Positions 9,392 through 20,255 of a DNA stretch of 64,000 nucleotides are shown here, piece after piece; within the stretch, counting starts at the first letter, position 1, and the number at the start of each line of letters is the position of its first letter. Location of the stretch: positions 51,467 to 115,466 of the forward strand of contig SCTI01000001.1 of NCBI GenBank assembly GCA_004297735.1, read 5' to 3'. Source of the stretch: Patescibacteria group bacterium. Lineage in GTDB: Bacteria > Patescibacteriota > Saccharimonadia > UBA4664 > SCTI01. Both the position numbers and the translations under genes were made by a program. The notes beneath the pieces were generated by a model, which was not told where the DNA came from, made no database searches, and saw only the letters and a program-made list of their open reading frames with translations.

Positions 9392-10957
9392 ATGCAGCCA
9401 CTACCATTATCTTCTGACGGCGATAAGCTAGTTTCACTTTTGCAGTCGGCCCCACCCGAACCGACCACCGCGCGTGATGTGGTGCATGTGGACGGAGTGG
9501 CCGGTCGCATCTATTTTGCCTATGAACAGCTTCGTAATGCCGCCGAGTACGGAGAACAGCACTTACTGTTACGCCGATCGATTGAGCGCTTTTTGCAGCG
9601 CAGCCTAAACTTTAATCATCCCGAAAAGCTAGCATTGGAGCTGGTGATTGAGCTAACACAAGCTCGTTACCTTAAAAACGATAGCGTGCCGCGTGAGGTG
9701 CTTAAGCAAATCGATGAGACCATTGCTGGTTTTTGTGAGGTTTATAAGCATACGCTGGCTGGTGGCCACCGCGAGCGGGCGACGGTGCGCATCTGGGTGT
9801 TGCAATCGGCCTCGGTTTACATTGAGCAGTTGATTTCGCCACAGCCGCGGACTCGGGCTTTTGTCGACTTTGCCTTCCAGCACTACCTGGAGTCGATTGA
9901 AGGCACCGACATCCGCCAAGGTTTAAGTGATCAGCAGTATGAAATCGCGGTGTACTGCGCCACTCACCGGGCCATCATGAAGTCCGACATTGCCACCGCT
10001 CGGGCCTATGCCGCGGCCAGTCGGATCGCCGCCGACACCAAGCAGGGTGATATGGAGTATTTTGTAACGATTAACAGCTATATCGACGAGCTGTTTAACG
10101 GCAAGGAAACCAACCGAATTATGCGCATGATTGGCCAGTATGGCGCCCCGATGCGCATTTTACGCGAAATGGTGGTGCCAAACCCGCAAGCCGAGAGTCT
10201 GTTGCATGATCGACCAAGCTTAATTGGCCGTTCGCGAGCGACATTGCAAGAGCAGTACTCGCTGACTCGCTCTCGCTTAAATAACGGTATTGTTCGTAGT
10301 GTGGCGTTTGTGGCCATTACTAAAATCTTAATTGGGCTGGTTTTGGAAATCCCGTATGACTTAATTCGCCACGGCGCCATCGTCTGGCCACCATTGATCA
10401 TGAACGTGCTGTTTCCGCCACTATACATGGCAACGTTGGGTCTGAGCATTCGCCCGCCGTCGCAAAAGAACTCCGAGATTGTGGTGGGGTATATCGACCG
10501 CATTTTGTACCAAACCGGCCGTTCACCCATAAAGTACCGCTTACGACGACGGGTGAGCTCAGCCGCGCTTAACCGCACCTTCAACCTGCTTTACGGTGTG
10601 GTAGTGGTTAGCTGGGTGGTTATTTTAACCTGGATTTTGGCCCAACTTGGGTTTAACTTAATGAGCGGCATCATCTTCTTTGTCTTCCTGTCGACGGTCA
10701 GCTTCTTGGGCTTCCGCTTAACTCAAACCGCTCGCGAGTTCGAAATGATTGAGGGCCGCCGCAGCTTCTTTGGCCTATTATCCGACTTCTTTTACACTCC
10801 GTTTATTCGGATTGGTCACTGGCTGTCCGACCGCTACGCTAGGGTCAACGTGGTGGCGCGAATCCTCGACATCTTAATTGAGATGCCCTTAAAGTTTGGT
10901 CTGCGCTTCTTGCGTGAGTGGATGGGCTTTTTACGCGACAAGCAGGAAGAGCTTTAA
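9392..10957 (+). CDS. Hypothetical membrane protein (CPR-type)
   Basis: Long ORF with host-like codon usage and C-terminal TM helices; start may be 9371 or 9392. Confidence 0.75.
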   Translation: MQPLPLSSDGDKLVSLLQSAPPEPTTARDVVHVDGVAGRIYFAYEQLRNAAEYGEQHLLLRRSIERFLQRSLNFNHPEKLALELVIELTQARYLKNDSVPREVLKQIDETIAGFCEVYKHTLAGGHRERATVRIWVLQSASVYIEQLISPQPRTRAFVDFAFQHYLESIEGTDIRQGLSDQQYEIAVYCATHRAIMKSDIATARAYAAASRIAADTKQGDMEYFVTINSYIDELFNGKETNRIMRMIGQYGAPMRILREMVVPNPQAESLLHDRPSLIGRSRATLQEQYSLTRSRLNNGIVRSVAFVAITKILIGLVLEIPYDLIRHGAIVWPPLIMNVLFPPLYMATLGLSIRPPSQKNSEIVVGYIDRILYQTGRSPIKYRLRRRVSSAALNRTFNLLYGVVVVSWVVILTWILAQLGFNLMSGIIFFVFLSTVSFLGFRLTQTAREFEMIEGRRSFFGLLSDFFYTPFIRIGHWLSDRYARVNVVARILDILIEMPLKFGLRFLREWMGFLRDKQEEL

Positions 10958-11724
10958 TTTTTAGCGATTAGGACCGGTTCGGGTAGCTCAATCACCTTTG
11001 CTACGCCATTGGTGTAGTAGGAGTCTCCATTTGGGTCTTTAGCTGGCTTATCTTTATGAATTGGCTGGTTGAACTGGTAGCTCTCGCCTAGAATGCCACC
11101 ATGCTTTAGTAGCTCTTCAACAATATAATCGCGTTCCCAGTCGATGTCGGGGTCCTTAAAGTGGTGCACAAACGGCGGGCGAAACTTAAACTTAAACGAT
11201 TTTTCGAAGGTGGCGGCACCAACCCATACCCGCTGACCACTGCGTAGCACATGCCGCGTCCGCCACAGCCGAATATGATGCCGCTGGGCATAGCCATTAT
11301 CGGTTATTTTTTGAAAGGATATATCCTGCAGTCCAACGCTAATAAACAGCGGCATAAAGGGGCCCTTGCGGTAGTTTTTATTAAACAGGCTAGAAGCAAA
11401 ACCCAGCGTTACGTGGATTGGGGTGGAGGGGTGAGCCCCATCCCAGCCGGCTTCGGCAAAGGCGTGATTAATGGCTTTTTCTGAACCCACAAAAACCAGG
11501 TTGATTGGATCCATTTTGCGGCCAAAAATGGTTTGGCAGTAGCGCGGTAGCCGGTCAACAATATCCTGGCTAATGACGTGATGCTTGGTTTGGCGAAAAT
11601 CACGGGGCTTATACAGTTTTTCGAGGGTGGTAACGTGGAATAAGGTGGATAACAATCGGGCCGAAGTGATGGCCGCAAACCCAATGGTGATTCGAACTAA
11701 CCAGTTTTTATATACGCGTTTCAT
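10954..11724 (-). CDS. LssY C-terminal domain protein
   Basis: DPINLVFVGS…AGW, QRHHIRLW, WVGAATF and DPDIDWERD motifs. Confidence 0.85.
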   Translation of the reverse strand: MKRVYKNWLVRITIGFAAITSARLLSTLFHVTTLEKLYKPRDFRQTKHHVISQDIVDRLPRYCQTIFGRKMDPINLVFVGSEKAINHAFAEAGWDGAHPSTPIHVTLGFASSLFNKNYRKGPFMPLFISVGLQDISFQKITDNGYAQRHHIRLWRTRHVLRSGQRVWVGAATFEKSFKFKFRPPFVHHFKDPDIDWERDYIVEELLKHGGILGESYQFNQPIHKDKPAKDPNGDSYYTNGVAKVIELPEPVLIAKN

Positions 11725-11799
11725 GTGGATGTATTATGCCTGATAACCTCGCAGTAGTCGAGGCTAGCGACAGGGAAACAAAGCTGTTATGCTAATACC

Positions 11800-13434
11800 A
11801 TGAAGCAAGCTCAAATCAAGGAACTACGATCACAGATTCACGGGGAGGTTACCGACAGCAAGGAGGCTCGTGAATATTTTTCGACCGACGGCAGTATTTT
11901 TAAGATTATGCCCAGCGCGGTGGTTTACCCAAAATCTACCACCGACGTGCAGCATACGGTAGCGCTAGCGGCTAAATCGGCCGACAAGCCAAGCAAACGG
12001 TTTAACATTGTTGCTCGCGGCAAGGGCACCGATCAGGGTGGAGCGGCGTTGGGCGACGGCGCCATGGTGGTGTTCCCGGCCCACATGAACAAGCTGCTCC
12101 GCCTCACCAAGGATACCGTCACGGTGCAGCCGGGCATGCTGTTTGGCACCCTGCAAAAGATTCTGCACAGCCATGGCCGCTTTTTGCCGCCTTACCCTTC
12201 GTCAATCGATTACGCCACTATGGGTGGAGCGGTGGCCAACAACACCTGTGGCGAGATGACCTACAAGTATGGTTCAACCGCCGACTGGGTAGAAAGTATG
12301 AAAGTTGTTTTAGACGACGCCTCGGTAATTGAGACCAAGCGACTCAGCCGCCGTGAGCTCAACCGCAAAAAGGGCCAGATGACCCGTGAGGGCGATATTT
12401 ACCGCGGTATCGACGGCTTGTTGCACGATAATGCGGCTCTAATCGCTTCGAGCCAGCCTCGCACTAGTAAAAACTCGGCCGGTTACCGACTCAGCCACAT
12501 TAAGGGTAAGGGAGGCTCGTTTGATCTGAGCCAACTGTTTATTGGCGCTCAGGGCACCCTGGGAACGGTTACGCAAATCACCTTCCGTACCGCTCCGTAC
12601 CAGGCCCATACCACCCTAACGGTAGGCTATTTTGATAACCTTGATAAGGCCAGCGAGGCGGTGCTTAAAATCCAAAAGCATAAACCGGCCGCCATGGAGG
12701 TGGTCGACTATTATCTGCTCAAATTCCTCAAGGAGCATCAACCCGAAACGCTAGAAGGCCTGGTGCCCGAAGGCGACCTGCCGAAGGCGGTGATCCTGAT
12801 TGAGTACGACAACCAGTCGCATCTGCGCCAAAACATTCTTAGCCGCCGTACCGAAAAGATTCTGTCTAAACTAGCCACCAGCCACGTTACCACCACCAAT
12901 CCGCGAACCGAACACCGCTTGTGGGCGATCCGCCATAGTGCGGCCGCGGTTATATGGATGAACAATGGCCCCAAAAAAGCTCTACCAATCATCGAAGACA
13001 GCTGTGTGCCGGTTGAAAAAATGCCGGAATTCCTTGATGGCGTCTACAAAATTCTCAACAAGCATAAACTGGAGATTGCGGTTTGGGGTCATGCCGGTGA
13101 TGCCAACTTCCACATGCAGCCGTTTATGGATCTGTCAAAATCCAAGGATCGCAAAAAGGTTTTCCAGGTAATGGATGAGTTTTACACCCTGGCGATTAAG
13201 ATGGGCGGCACCACCGCCGGCGAACACAACGACGGTTTACTTCGCGCCCCTTATCTCGAAAAGTTGTATGGTAGAGATATGTACGACTTGTTTAAAGAGG
13301 TTAAAAAAATCTGCGATCCCAAGGGTATCTTTAATCCACGAATCAAGCTTGATGTTAAAAAGAAAGATTTGGAGTCGATCGTGCGTCATGAATATTCGAT
13401 GAAGCACCTGTACGATCACATGCCAACCACCTAA
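11800..13434 (+). CDS. FAD-binding oxidoreductase (GlcD / D-lactate dehydrogenase family)
   Basis: ARGKGTDQGG, ATMGGAVANN, GHAGDANFH and GEHNDG motifs. Confidence 0.92.
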   Translation: MKQAQIKELRSQIHGEVTDSKEAREYFSTDGSIFKIMPSAVVYPKSTTDVQHTVALAAKSADKPSKRFNIVARGKGTDQGGAALGDGAMVVFPAHMNKLLRLTKDTVTVQPGMLFGTLQKILHSHGRFLPPYPSSIDYATMGGAVANNTCGEMTYKYGSTADWVESMKVVLDDASVIETKRLSRRELNRKKGQMTREGDIYRGIDGLLHDNAALIASSQPRTSKNSAGYRLSHIKGKGGSFDLSQLFIGAQGTLGTVTQITFRTAPYQAHTTLTVGYFDNLDKASEAVLKIQKHKPAAMEVVDYYLLKFLKEHQPETLEGLVPEGDLPKAVILIEYDNQSHLRQNILSRRTEKILSKLATSHVTTTNPRTEHRLWAIRHSAAAVIWMNNGPKKALPIIEDSCVPVEKMPEFLDGVYKILNKHKLEIAVWGHAGDANFHMQPFMDLSKSKDRKKVFQVMDEFYTLAIKMGGTTAGEHNDGLLRAPYLEKLYGRDMYDLFKEVKKICDPKGIFNPRIKLDVKKKDLESIVRHEYSMKHLYDHMPTT

Positions 13435-13445
13435 AAGGAGTCAGT

Positions 13446-13784
13446 ATGTTATTTATTCACCGCCGCACACCCAAAGCCAGATTTGTTAGCTGGGCCTTCT
13501 TTTGTCTGCTAATCTTGTTTCTTGCCATCGCTACGCAGCGACCGCAGGTTGGCTTAGCCGGTGCCGGCGCTATTTTAATTTTGCTGGCCCTAACCGTTGA
13601 GGCCAACAAGGAGCGAATCTGGAAGGATTACAAAAAGGGCTATAAGTACAAAAAGGGGAGCTGGTTGCCAAAAGCTTGGACCGAGCCAACTCAAACCTAC
13701 TACAACCTCAACGTTTACGTCTTGTGGCCAGCGGTGTTTGTGGTTGGATTTGTTGCAATCGCCACCGCCTACTTTATTAGCTAG
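13446..13784 (+). CDS. Small membrane protein
   Basis: Three hydrophobic segments; AGGAG SD. Confidence 0.7.
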   Translation: MLFIHRRTPKARFVSWAFFCLLILFLAIATQRPQVGLAGAGAILILLALTVEANKERIWKDYKKGYKYKKGSWLPKAWTEPTQTYYNLNVYVLWPAVFVVGFVAIATAYFIS

Positions 13785-13819
13785 ATTAGGCGTGCTACAA
13801 TTTGACGGTTCAAACCCAC

Positions 13820-13906
13820 GCGGATGTGGTGGAATGGTAGACACGCCAGCTTGAGGGGCTGGTGGCCGTATAGGTCGTGGAGGTTCAAGTCCTCTCATCC
13901 GCACCA
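13820..13906 (+). tRNA. tRNA-Leu(GAG)
   Basis: GCGGATG/CATCCGC acceptor, CCAGC-TTGAGGG-GCTGG anticodon arm, long variable arm, CCA. Confidence 0.97.
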
Positions 13907-14039
13907 GGAATTATTAAGATCGAACCAATGTGATTATGCTTGCAAAGCAGCTTAAAATGCCTCATAACTAATGCAACTTCTCGTGTCCGCAAATCTGCGT
14001 GCTGCTCAGTACGCAGCGAGCGACCACGAGGAGACGCAC

Positions 14040-14489
14040 ATGCCGCAGCACACTATCTTTCTTGCCAAGATCACACAGCTGAACCATCTCAGTAAGTCGG
14101 AGACGGTCGAGGTTGAGATCGATGCTCTCGATCCCGAGGCCGTGGAGTGGGACAACAACACGATTCACTTCACGCTCCATGCCCTGCAGTTCGCCGTCCC
14201 GGATGGACCCAAGCCTGAGAGCGTTGAATACGCCAACGGTCAGCTGCGTTGGGGTAGCTACAGCTGCTTCCCGTTCGCCCGCCACGATCCAGCTGAGGTC
14301 TACTTCACCGAACCGCTGATGTGGACGCTCAAGAAGGCCATGTGCGAAGGAACGGCTTCGTATGCTCAGGCCCGGGCCTGGATGAGGGAACATGGTCTCA
14401 CTGAGGCACTACAGGCCGGGGACCGCACTTTCTACGACCCTGCCAATCCTCGGTTCATCATTCTCCAGCCCGTGACCACCTTCGCGTAG
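14040..14489 (+). CDS. Orphan hypothetical protein
   Basis: GAGGAG SD before MPQHTIF; C-ending codon bias; 3' hairpin at 14509-14535. Confidence 0.7.
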   Translation: MPQHTIFLAKITQLNHLSKSETVEVEIDALDPEAVEWDNNTIHFTLHALQFAVPDGPKPESVEYANGQLRWGSYSCFPFARHDPAEVYFTEPLMWTLKKAMCEGTASYAQARAWMREHGLTEALQAGDRTFYDPANPRFIILQPVTTFA

Positions 14490-14589
14490 ATCACCCGTGT
14501 TGTACTTAGACCCCGTCTCGTCAAGAGGCGGGGTCCCTCGTTTTGCTACTCGATTTTACCCCCATTTTATGGTACTCTTATCCATTGCC

Positions 14590-15483
14590 ATGAATATCAA
14601 ACATATTGCCATCATCTATAACCCCAAGAGCACCGGCGACTCGACCGCAGCCTCGCAGCAGCTTTACCACGACGTCCGCGAGCACCTGCCACATACCGGC
14701 GTGGAGCTAATGCCCACCAAATATCGTGGTCATGCCGCCGACTTAACCGAGATTTTGGGTCAAACCCGCACTGGCGTGGTGGTGGTTTCGGTTGGTGGAG
14801 ACGGAACTTATAACGAGGTGATCAACGGGGCGATGCGAGTGGCGCCAAGCCGCCGCCCTGTTTTGGTGCCATTTGCGGCTGGTAACGCCAACGATCACAG
14901 TCGCGAGCTACTAGGTGACGCCAAGGTGATGAGCCAGTTGATTGCCGGTGACACTCAGGTTATCGATTTGCTGCGCTTGTCGGTTCACAACCCTACCGGC
15001 GACGATGTTTTGCTGCACGCCCATTCTTACATCGGCTTTGGTGCCAGTGGGCGAGTGGCGCGCCTGTTGGATGAGCGCAACTTTGGGCCGATTAGCGAAA
15101 AGCTGATAGCGCTGGGTGAGATCTTGAGCCCGAGCGAGTTTAGCGCGGTGGTTAACGGGCACAGTAAAAAGCTGTATAGCATCGTGTGTAGCAACGTGTC
15201 GGTAATGGGCAAGTACTTAAAGGTAAGCCACCAAGCCGACTTGAGTGACGGCCACTTTGAGGTGGTTGAAACCGAGGCCCATTCACGTTTGGAGCTACTA
15301 AAAGAGGTTAGTCAGACCGCTACCGGTCAGCCGGCCGCAACCAAGAGAGTGCAAAGTTACAGCATGATGCTGATGGACGGAGTTCAGGCTCAGTTGGACG
15401 GCGAGCCAATCAGTTTGTCTAAGGCCTCAACGGTGTTTGTTACGGTTGAGCGCGAGGCGATTCGAACCTTAGCGGGTGAGTAA
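14590..15483 (+). CDS. Diacylglycerol/lipid kinase family protein (YegS/DgkB-like)
   Basis: IIYNPKS, VGGDGTYNEVING, GNANDH and QLDGE motifs. Confidence 0.9.
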   Translation: MNIKHIAIIYNPKSTGDSTAASQQLYHDVREHLPHTGVELMPTKYRGHAADLTEILGQTRTGVVVVSVGGDGTYNEVINGAMRVAPSRRPVLVPFAAGNANDHSRELLGDAKVMSQLIAGDTQVIDLLRLSVHNPTGDDVLLHAHSYIGFGASGRVARLLDERNFGPISEKLIALGEILSPSEFSAVVNGHSKKLYSIVCSNVSVMGKYLKVSHQADLSDGHFEVVETEAHSRLELLKEVSQTATGQPAATKRVQSYSMMLMDGVQAQLDGEPISLSKASTVFVTVEREAIRTLAGE

Positions 15484-15543
15484 ATTACCAATTTTAGCCA
15501 CAAGTGTTTACACGTTAACTAATGCGTCTTATAGTGGTTATAT

Positions 15544-16302
15544 ATGTCAAAAGCATTAATAACAGTAGATGATGTCCGTAAGGATTATGATGATTTTCAG
15601 GCAGTCCGTGGCGTTAGCTTTGAGGTAAAGCGCGGCGAGGTGTTTGGTATTTTGGGGCCAAACGGCGCCGGCAAAACCACCACGCTGGAAATGATGGAGG
15701 GCCTACGCGAGATTTCGAGTGGTAGCGTAGTGCTAGATGAAATAGATGTTAAAAAGCACCCATACGATGTTCGCAAGATTATTGGCGTGCAGCTGCAGTC
15801 CTCATCCTTTTTTGAAAACAGTACGCTGGTTGAGCTGCTAACCGCTTTTGCCGCCATGTACAATCAGCGGGTTGAGCCAATCAAGTTGCTAGAGAGAGTC
15901 GGACTGGCCGAGAAAGCCAAGAGCTACCCGGAGCACCTGTCGGGTGGCCAGCGCCAACGCTTTAGTATCGCGGTGGCCTTGGTGCACGAACCGAAGGTGC
16001 TGTTTTTGGATGAGCCAACCACCGGTCTTGACCCGCAGGCTCGTCGCAACCTGTGGGAGCTGGTGCAGGAGATCCAAAAAGATGGCATTACCGTTATTTT
16101 GACCACTCACTATATGGAGGAGGCGCAGGTGCTGTGCGACCGCATTGCCATCATGGATGAGGGCAAGATAATTGCGCTAGATACACCGGACAAGCTAATA
16201 AAAGATCTGCTCAAGCGTGGCTTTAAGCCGCACGTCGAGGTGCAAAAGGCCACGCTTGAAGACGTCTTTATTGATTTAACCGGCAAGGATTTAAGGGATT
16301 AA
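15544..16302 (+). CDS. ABC-2 type exporter ATP-binding protein
   Basis: GPNGAGKTT, LSGGQRQR, LFLDEPTTGLD and TTHYMEEA motifs. Confidence 0.95.
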   Translation: MSKALITVDDVRKDYDDFQAVRGVSFEVKRGEVFGILGPNGAGKTTTLEMMEGLREISSGSVVLDEIDVKKHPYDVRKIIGVQLQSSSFFENSTLVELLTAFAAMYNQRVEPIKLLERVGLAEKAKSYPEHLSGGQRQRFSIAVALVHEPKVLFLDEPTTGLDPQARRNLWELVQEIQKDGITVILTTHYMEEAQVLCDRIAIMDEGKIIALDTPDKLIKDLLKRGFKPHVEVQKATLEDVFIDLTGKDLRD

Positions 16303-16303
16303 T

Positions 16304-17410
16304 ATGCGCGGGTACCTGTTTACAATCAGCCAGCTAACCAAGCTACTGGTGCGGCGCTACTTCCGTAGTCGCATAGCCATCTTCTTTTCGGTGTTCTTCC
16401 CGCTATTACTCTTGTTTGTGTTTGGCTTTTTATACAGCAACAACAAAGACGTGTCGTTTAAGGTGGCGCTATTTAATAACTCAAACACCGAGTTCGCTAA
16501 ACAGTTTGCTACCAACTTAGACCAAGTAAAGGCCTTGAGCATCCAAAAAGATCTCACCGATATGGACGCGGCTAAAGAAAAAATGAACCGCAGCGAAATC
16601 GATGCCATTATTGAGCTGCCACCCGAGTTTGGCCAGATCAACAGTCAGAACTTCCCCAGCGGACAGGTTAAGGTGCTGTACTCGCAGAACAGCCAGCAAG
16701 CTGGGCAGACCATTGGCTCGGTACTGCAGGGCATTCTGGATGGCGTAAACGTGCAGCTAACCAAGATACAGCCGCCGCTTACAGTTAAGGCGGAGTCTAC
16801 AGCCGACCAGGGCCTCACCGCCTTCGACTACGCCTTCCCTGGGCTGATTGGGTTCTCGTTGCTGGGTCTGGGCATCTTTGGTCCGCTCAACATGCTCCCG
16901 GCCGAAAAGAAGACCGGGGCGCTAACTCGTTTGCGGGTGACGCCGCTTCGCCCATCTCAGTTCATCATCTCGTACATGTTCTCATCGCTAGCAACCGGAG
17001 TGCTATCCATTACGGCCATGTTCTTGGTGGCGATTACCTTGTTTGAGTTCCACCTGGTCGGTAATCTGCTGGTCTTTGCTCTGTTCACCATCTTTGGCGC
17101 GATCATGATCTTTGGTATCGGTGTCGGCGTCGGCGGCTGGGCCAGTGACGAAAAGCAGGCGGCTCCACTAGGGAACATCATAACCTTCCCAATGATGTTC
17201 CTGTCCGGTATTTTCTTCCCCCGTTACCTAATGCCGGAGTGGCTACAGGGCGTAACGCAGTTTATTCCGCTAACTCCGGTGATTGATGGCATGCGCCTGA
17301 TCTTAACCGAGGGCAAAACCTTTATTGATCTTGGTCCCCAGTTGGGCTTGATGGCCATCTGGACGGTGGTGGTTTACACCATTGCCTTCCGCGTCTTCCG
17401 CTGGGATTGA
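16304..17410 (+). CDS. ABC-2 type exporter permease
   Basis: N-terminal TM, extracellular loop, five C-terminal TMs, PMMFLSGIFFP. Confidence 0.92.
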   Translation: MRGYLFTISQLTKLLVRRYFRSRIAIFFSVFFPLLLLFVFGFLYSNNKDVSFKVALFNNSNTEFAKQFATNLDQVKALSIQKDLTDMDAAKEKMNRSEIDAIIELPPEFGQINSQNFPSGQVKVLYSQNSQQAGQTIGSVLQGILDGVNVQLTKIQPPLTVKAESTADQGLTAFDYAFPGLIGFSLLGLGIFGPLNMLPAEKKTGALTRLRVTPLRPSQFIISYMFSSLATGVLSITAMFLVAITLFEFHLVGNLLVFALFTIFGAIMIFGIGVGVGGWASDEKQAAPLGNIITFPMMFLSGIFFPRYLMPEWLQGVTQFIPLTPVIDGMRLILTEGKTFIDLGPQLGLMAIWTVVVYTIAFRVFRWD

Positions 17411-17427
17411 AAACTCAGTAAAAGGCG

Positions 17428-17805
17428 CTACTTTACCATGATGGTGTCGTTGCCATCGCGGTTGGGTGCACCGGTAATCAACACCTCCAAGCCATCATCG
17501 CCGGCTGTAAGCGTGCGAACCACCTCTGGGCCAACTCGTACCGCATCAAGCGGTTTAAGCTCAACCACCTCATCATCCAGTAGCATCTGGCCGCTACCAC
17601 TCAGCACAATAAACACCTCTTCTTGGTATTCGTGTTTGTGCTTAAATGGGATGTTGCGATTAGGCAAAACCTTTTGATACCCCAGTCCCGACTCCGTTAG
17701 GTTGAGCGGCTTGGTAGCAAACCGCGCCTCCATGTCTTTATCGTGACCATACTTAGGTGACATGTTTTCGAGTTCGGCGAGATTGAGATGAGTGTAGTTA
17801 GACAT
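17428..17805 (-). CDS. Cupin domain protein
   Basis: HKHEYQEEVFIVLSGSG cupin motif. Confidence 0.88.
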   Translation of the reverse strand: MSNYTHLNLAELENMSPKYGHDKDMEARFATKPLNLTESGLGYQKVLPNRNIPFKHKHEYQEEVFIVLSGSGQMLLDDEVVELKPLDAVRVGPEVVRTLTAGDDGLEVLITGAPNRDGNDTIMVK

Positions 17806-17873
17806 ATGACGATTTTAGCACGCGGTTCAAAACAGGCGTATAATAGAGGTATAGCTTAGCGAAAGGTCTTGCC

Positions 17874-18572
17874 ATGGCCGACCAGAACATTACAACCACC
17901 AAAACCAACACACTCGCAATTGCGGGCTTAATAACGGCCTTCTTTTTACCACTGGTCGGTCTGATCTGTTCAATAATTGGCCTGACGCAAATTAACAAAC
18001 GTAAAGAACGTGGTAGGGGTTTAGCGATCTCGGGCATTGTGGTGTCGATTTTGGTTGGTATAGCCCAGCTAATCACACTGGTTATCGTTGTGGCGGCGAT
18101 GAACTCCGGCGTAACGCTTACGACCTACCGCGACAACACCATTGGTTACAGCGTAAAGTACCCTGAAGGCTGGAATATTGCCCCGCAAAATGTAGAGGGC
18201 GTTCAGGGCATAATCATAAAAAAAGAGTATAAGCAGACCGGCAAATCTTACGGCCAGATTGAGGTTGGCTACTTTGCTCCGCCGGCCAACGGATACAGCC
18301 AAGACATCTTACAAGCCACCGCTGACGGAATTAAAAAGAGCAACAAAAACACCACCGTACTGTACGAAAACAAAAGTAGCGCGAACGGTTTAAGCACGCT
18401 AACATTGCTGACGACTTACGATGGCGAGACCGGAAAGATAAAGGCTAAGACCACAATTATGCTCAAAAAAGACAACGCCTTGTTTGTAATATCAACGCAG
18501 GCGCCAGAGGAAAACTGGGATAAGTACTCAGATAGCTTTGACGAGATTCATAACACCTTTACGCCAAATTAA
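17874..18572 (+). CDS. DUF4190 membrane protein with PsbP-like C-terminal domain
   Basis: TNTLAIAG…GLTQI…ERGRGLAISG; YSVKYPEGW. Confidence 0.8.
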   Translation: MADQNITTTKTNTLAIAGLITAFFLPLVGLICSIIGLTQINKRKERGRGLAISGIVVSILVGIAQLITLVIVVAAMNSGVTLTTYRDNTIGYSVKYPEGWNIAPQNVEGVQGIIIKKEYKQTGKSYGQIEVGYFAPPANGYSQDILQATADGIKKSNKNTTVLYENKSSANGLSTLTLLTTYDGETGKIKAKTTIMLKKDNALFVISTQAPEENWDKYSDSFDEIHNTFTPN

Positions 18573-18655
18573 ACTAAATAATAACTAAAGTGAGAACGGG
18601 GCGGTGCGTATAGTGCACCACCCCGTTTGACAGCGTCGGCGCTAGGCGCCTAGGC

Positions 18656-18976
18656 TTACGACCAGCGGTCGAGAGCCGACTGGGCGGCCTGCTGGACCCG
18701 TGGGTCCAAGTCCTCCTTGGCCATCTTGCGCAGCTCGACCTTGTATTCCGGTCGGCAGCGCGGGATGCGCTCCTTGATTCGGATGCAGGTGTTCAGGCGC
18801 AGAACGGAACTGCCATCGCGCAACCACTTCAGAGAAGTAATTGTGCCGGAAACCGCGTCGAAGCTGGAGTCCTCGAGCTCCACAATGCCCTCGAAGAGGT
18901 CATCGAGCTCCTTGTCGGTCAGCGGCTCCTGCCAGTCGTCGAACTTCCGAGCGAGCGCTTCGATACGATCGTTCAT
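18656..18976 (-). CDS. Orphan helical (HEAT-like) hypothetical protein
   Basis: GGGAG SD; TTGACT-N17-TATTAT promoter; LRKMAKEDLDPRVQQAAQSAL resembles a HEAT repeat; 3' hairpin at 18595-18627. Confidence 0.65.
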   Translation of the reverse strand: MNDRIEALARKFDDWQEPLTDKELDDLFEGIVELEDSSFDAVSGTITSLKWLRDGSSVLRLNTCIRIKERIPRCRPEYKVELRKMAKEDLDPRVQQAAQSALDRWS

Positions 18977-19190
18977 GTCTCTCCCTGATGGGTCGAAGAT
19001 GGACTAAAGTCTTAAGCTGTCAATATCCTCATCTATTTCTGAGGATGTTACATAATAGCATAAGTAGTATAAAAAGTCAATAGTACCTTGAATATTATGA
19101 TCTGTTGAGGCATTAATGCCATCTGGAATTGTAAAAACTGATCTGAAGTCGTATACTGGGCCCACGTTCCAGATACGAAAGGACGTTGAC

Positions 19191-19997
19191 ATGAGTCAGC
19201 AGAAGACCAGCCGTCTGATCATTCAGGGTCAGCCGGATGACATTCGTCGTCGGTATCACCTCGATATCGACTTCCCGTTCGGCCACATCAACTTGAGCCC
19301 AGGGAAGCCAGACTCCGGCGGGTTGGTCCACTTCACCTACGGCTCCTTCGTTGGCTACTGGGCCAGTGCTTACCCAAGTCATTCCCAGATTCCGGGTCGC
19401 TTGCATCACATCATCAGCCAGATCGCTCGGGCCAGGTGGAGCAGCAACCTGCCGCTAGCTGGTGGGATTGCGGTACGTACCAATCACATGCGCGTGTTCA
19501 TCAACAAGCGCATTCCCGCTAATAAGCGCCGCTCCGCTCTCCACCATCTCGACAATGTTGTCATCAAGGCGCTCGGCGCAGATCTGCGGCCGGATTACGA
19601 CAGCGGGCAGATGTGGTACAACGACCCAGGGCCTCAGGTCGATGTGGTTCGCCCGGACTGGCAAGCTGGGGTTAACGTGTCCGATCCGGAAGGGGATCGT
19701 CGGATCAGGCTTGACCCTGACGTCAACTGGAAGACCTTCAGCGGCGAGCGTTTCGTCAACGTCAAGGAGCAGTTCTCGATCCATCGGATCCGTAGCTGGC
19801 CGAAGGAACAGATTGAGCTTCTGCATACGCTGTTCTGGTCGCAGGGGAGCGAGTCGTGCGACATCTTTCCTCCGCTCACTGGCAGCGGCATGGAGTTGAC
19901 GTTGCGCAAGGGCTTGGCCTGGACGTGGGCGGACGTCAACCGCGAGTGGACCAATCGGTTCGCCACCGGCGTTGACCTGCGCGCCCTCGCGGCTTAG
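19191..19997 (+). CDS. Orphan hypothetical protein
   Basis: TTGTAA-N17-TATACT promoter, AAGGA SD, 3' hairpin at 20013-20039. Confidence 0.7.
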   Translation: MSQQKTSRLIIQGQPDDIRRRYHLDIDFPFGHINLSPGKPDSGGLVHFTYGSFVGYWASAYPSHSQIPGRLHHIISQIARARWSSNLPLAGGIAVRTNHMRVFINKRIPANKRRSALHHLDNVVIKALGADLRPDYDSGQMWYNDPGPQVDVVRPDWQAGVNVSDPEGDRRIRLDPDVNWKTFSGERFVNVKEQFSIHRIRSWPKEQIELLHTLFWSQGSESCDIFPPLTGSGMELTLRKGLAWTWADVNREWTNRFATGVDLRALAA

Positions 19998-20066
19998 CCG
20001 TATCTAGAACAAAGAGGCCGAGCGTCATGCTCGGCCTCTAAGCGTTTTTATTACTGGTAGCTAGTG

Positions 20067-20255
20067 TTACTTCCAGCCGAAGGTCTGGCCTAATATCCAC
20101 ACGGTAATCGCAATGGAAATAAAGAACAGACCTAGACCTACTGGGCTACCCCAGCTGAACCACGAGCCCCACGAGCGCCAGTGCTTGAGGCTCTCGACGT
20201 GGCTCCAGTCGTACTCTTTTTCGTAGTCTCTGGGACTTTTACTTTCGTTTGCCAT
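20067..20255 (-). CDS. Small Trp-rich membrane protein (62 aa)
   Basis: MANESK…WGSWFSWGSPVGLGLFF…, one C-terminal TM helix. Confidence 0.7.
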   Translation of the reverse strand: MANESKSPRDYEKEYDWSHVESLKHWRSWGSWFSWGSPVGLGLFFISIAITVWILGQTFGWK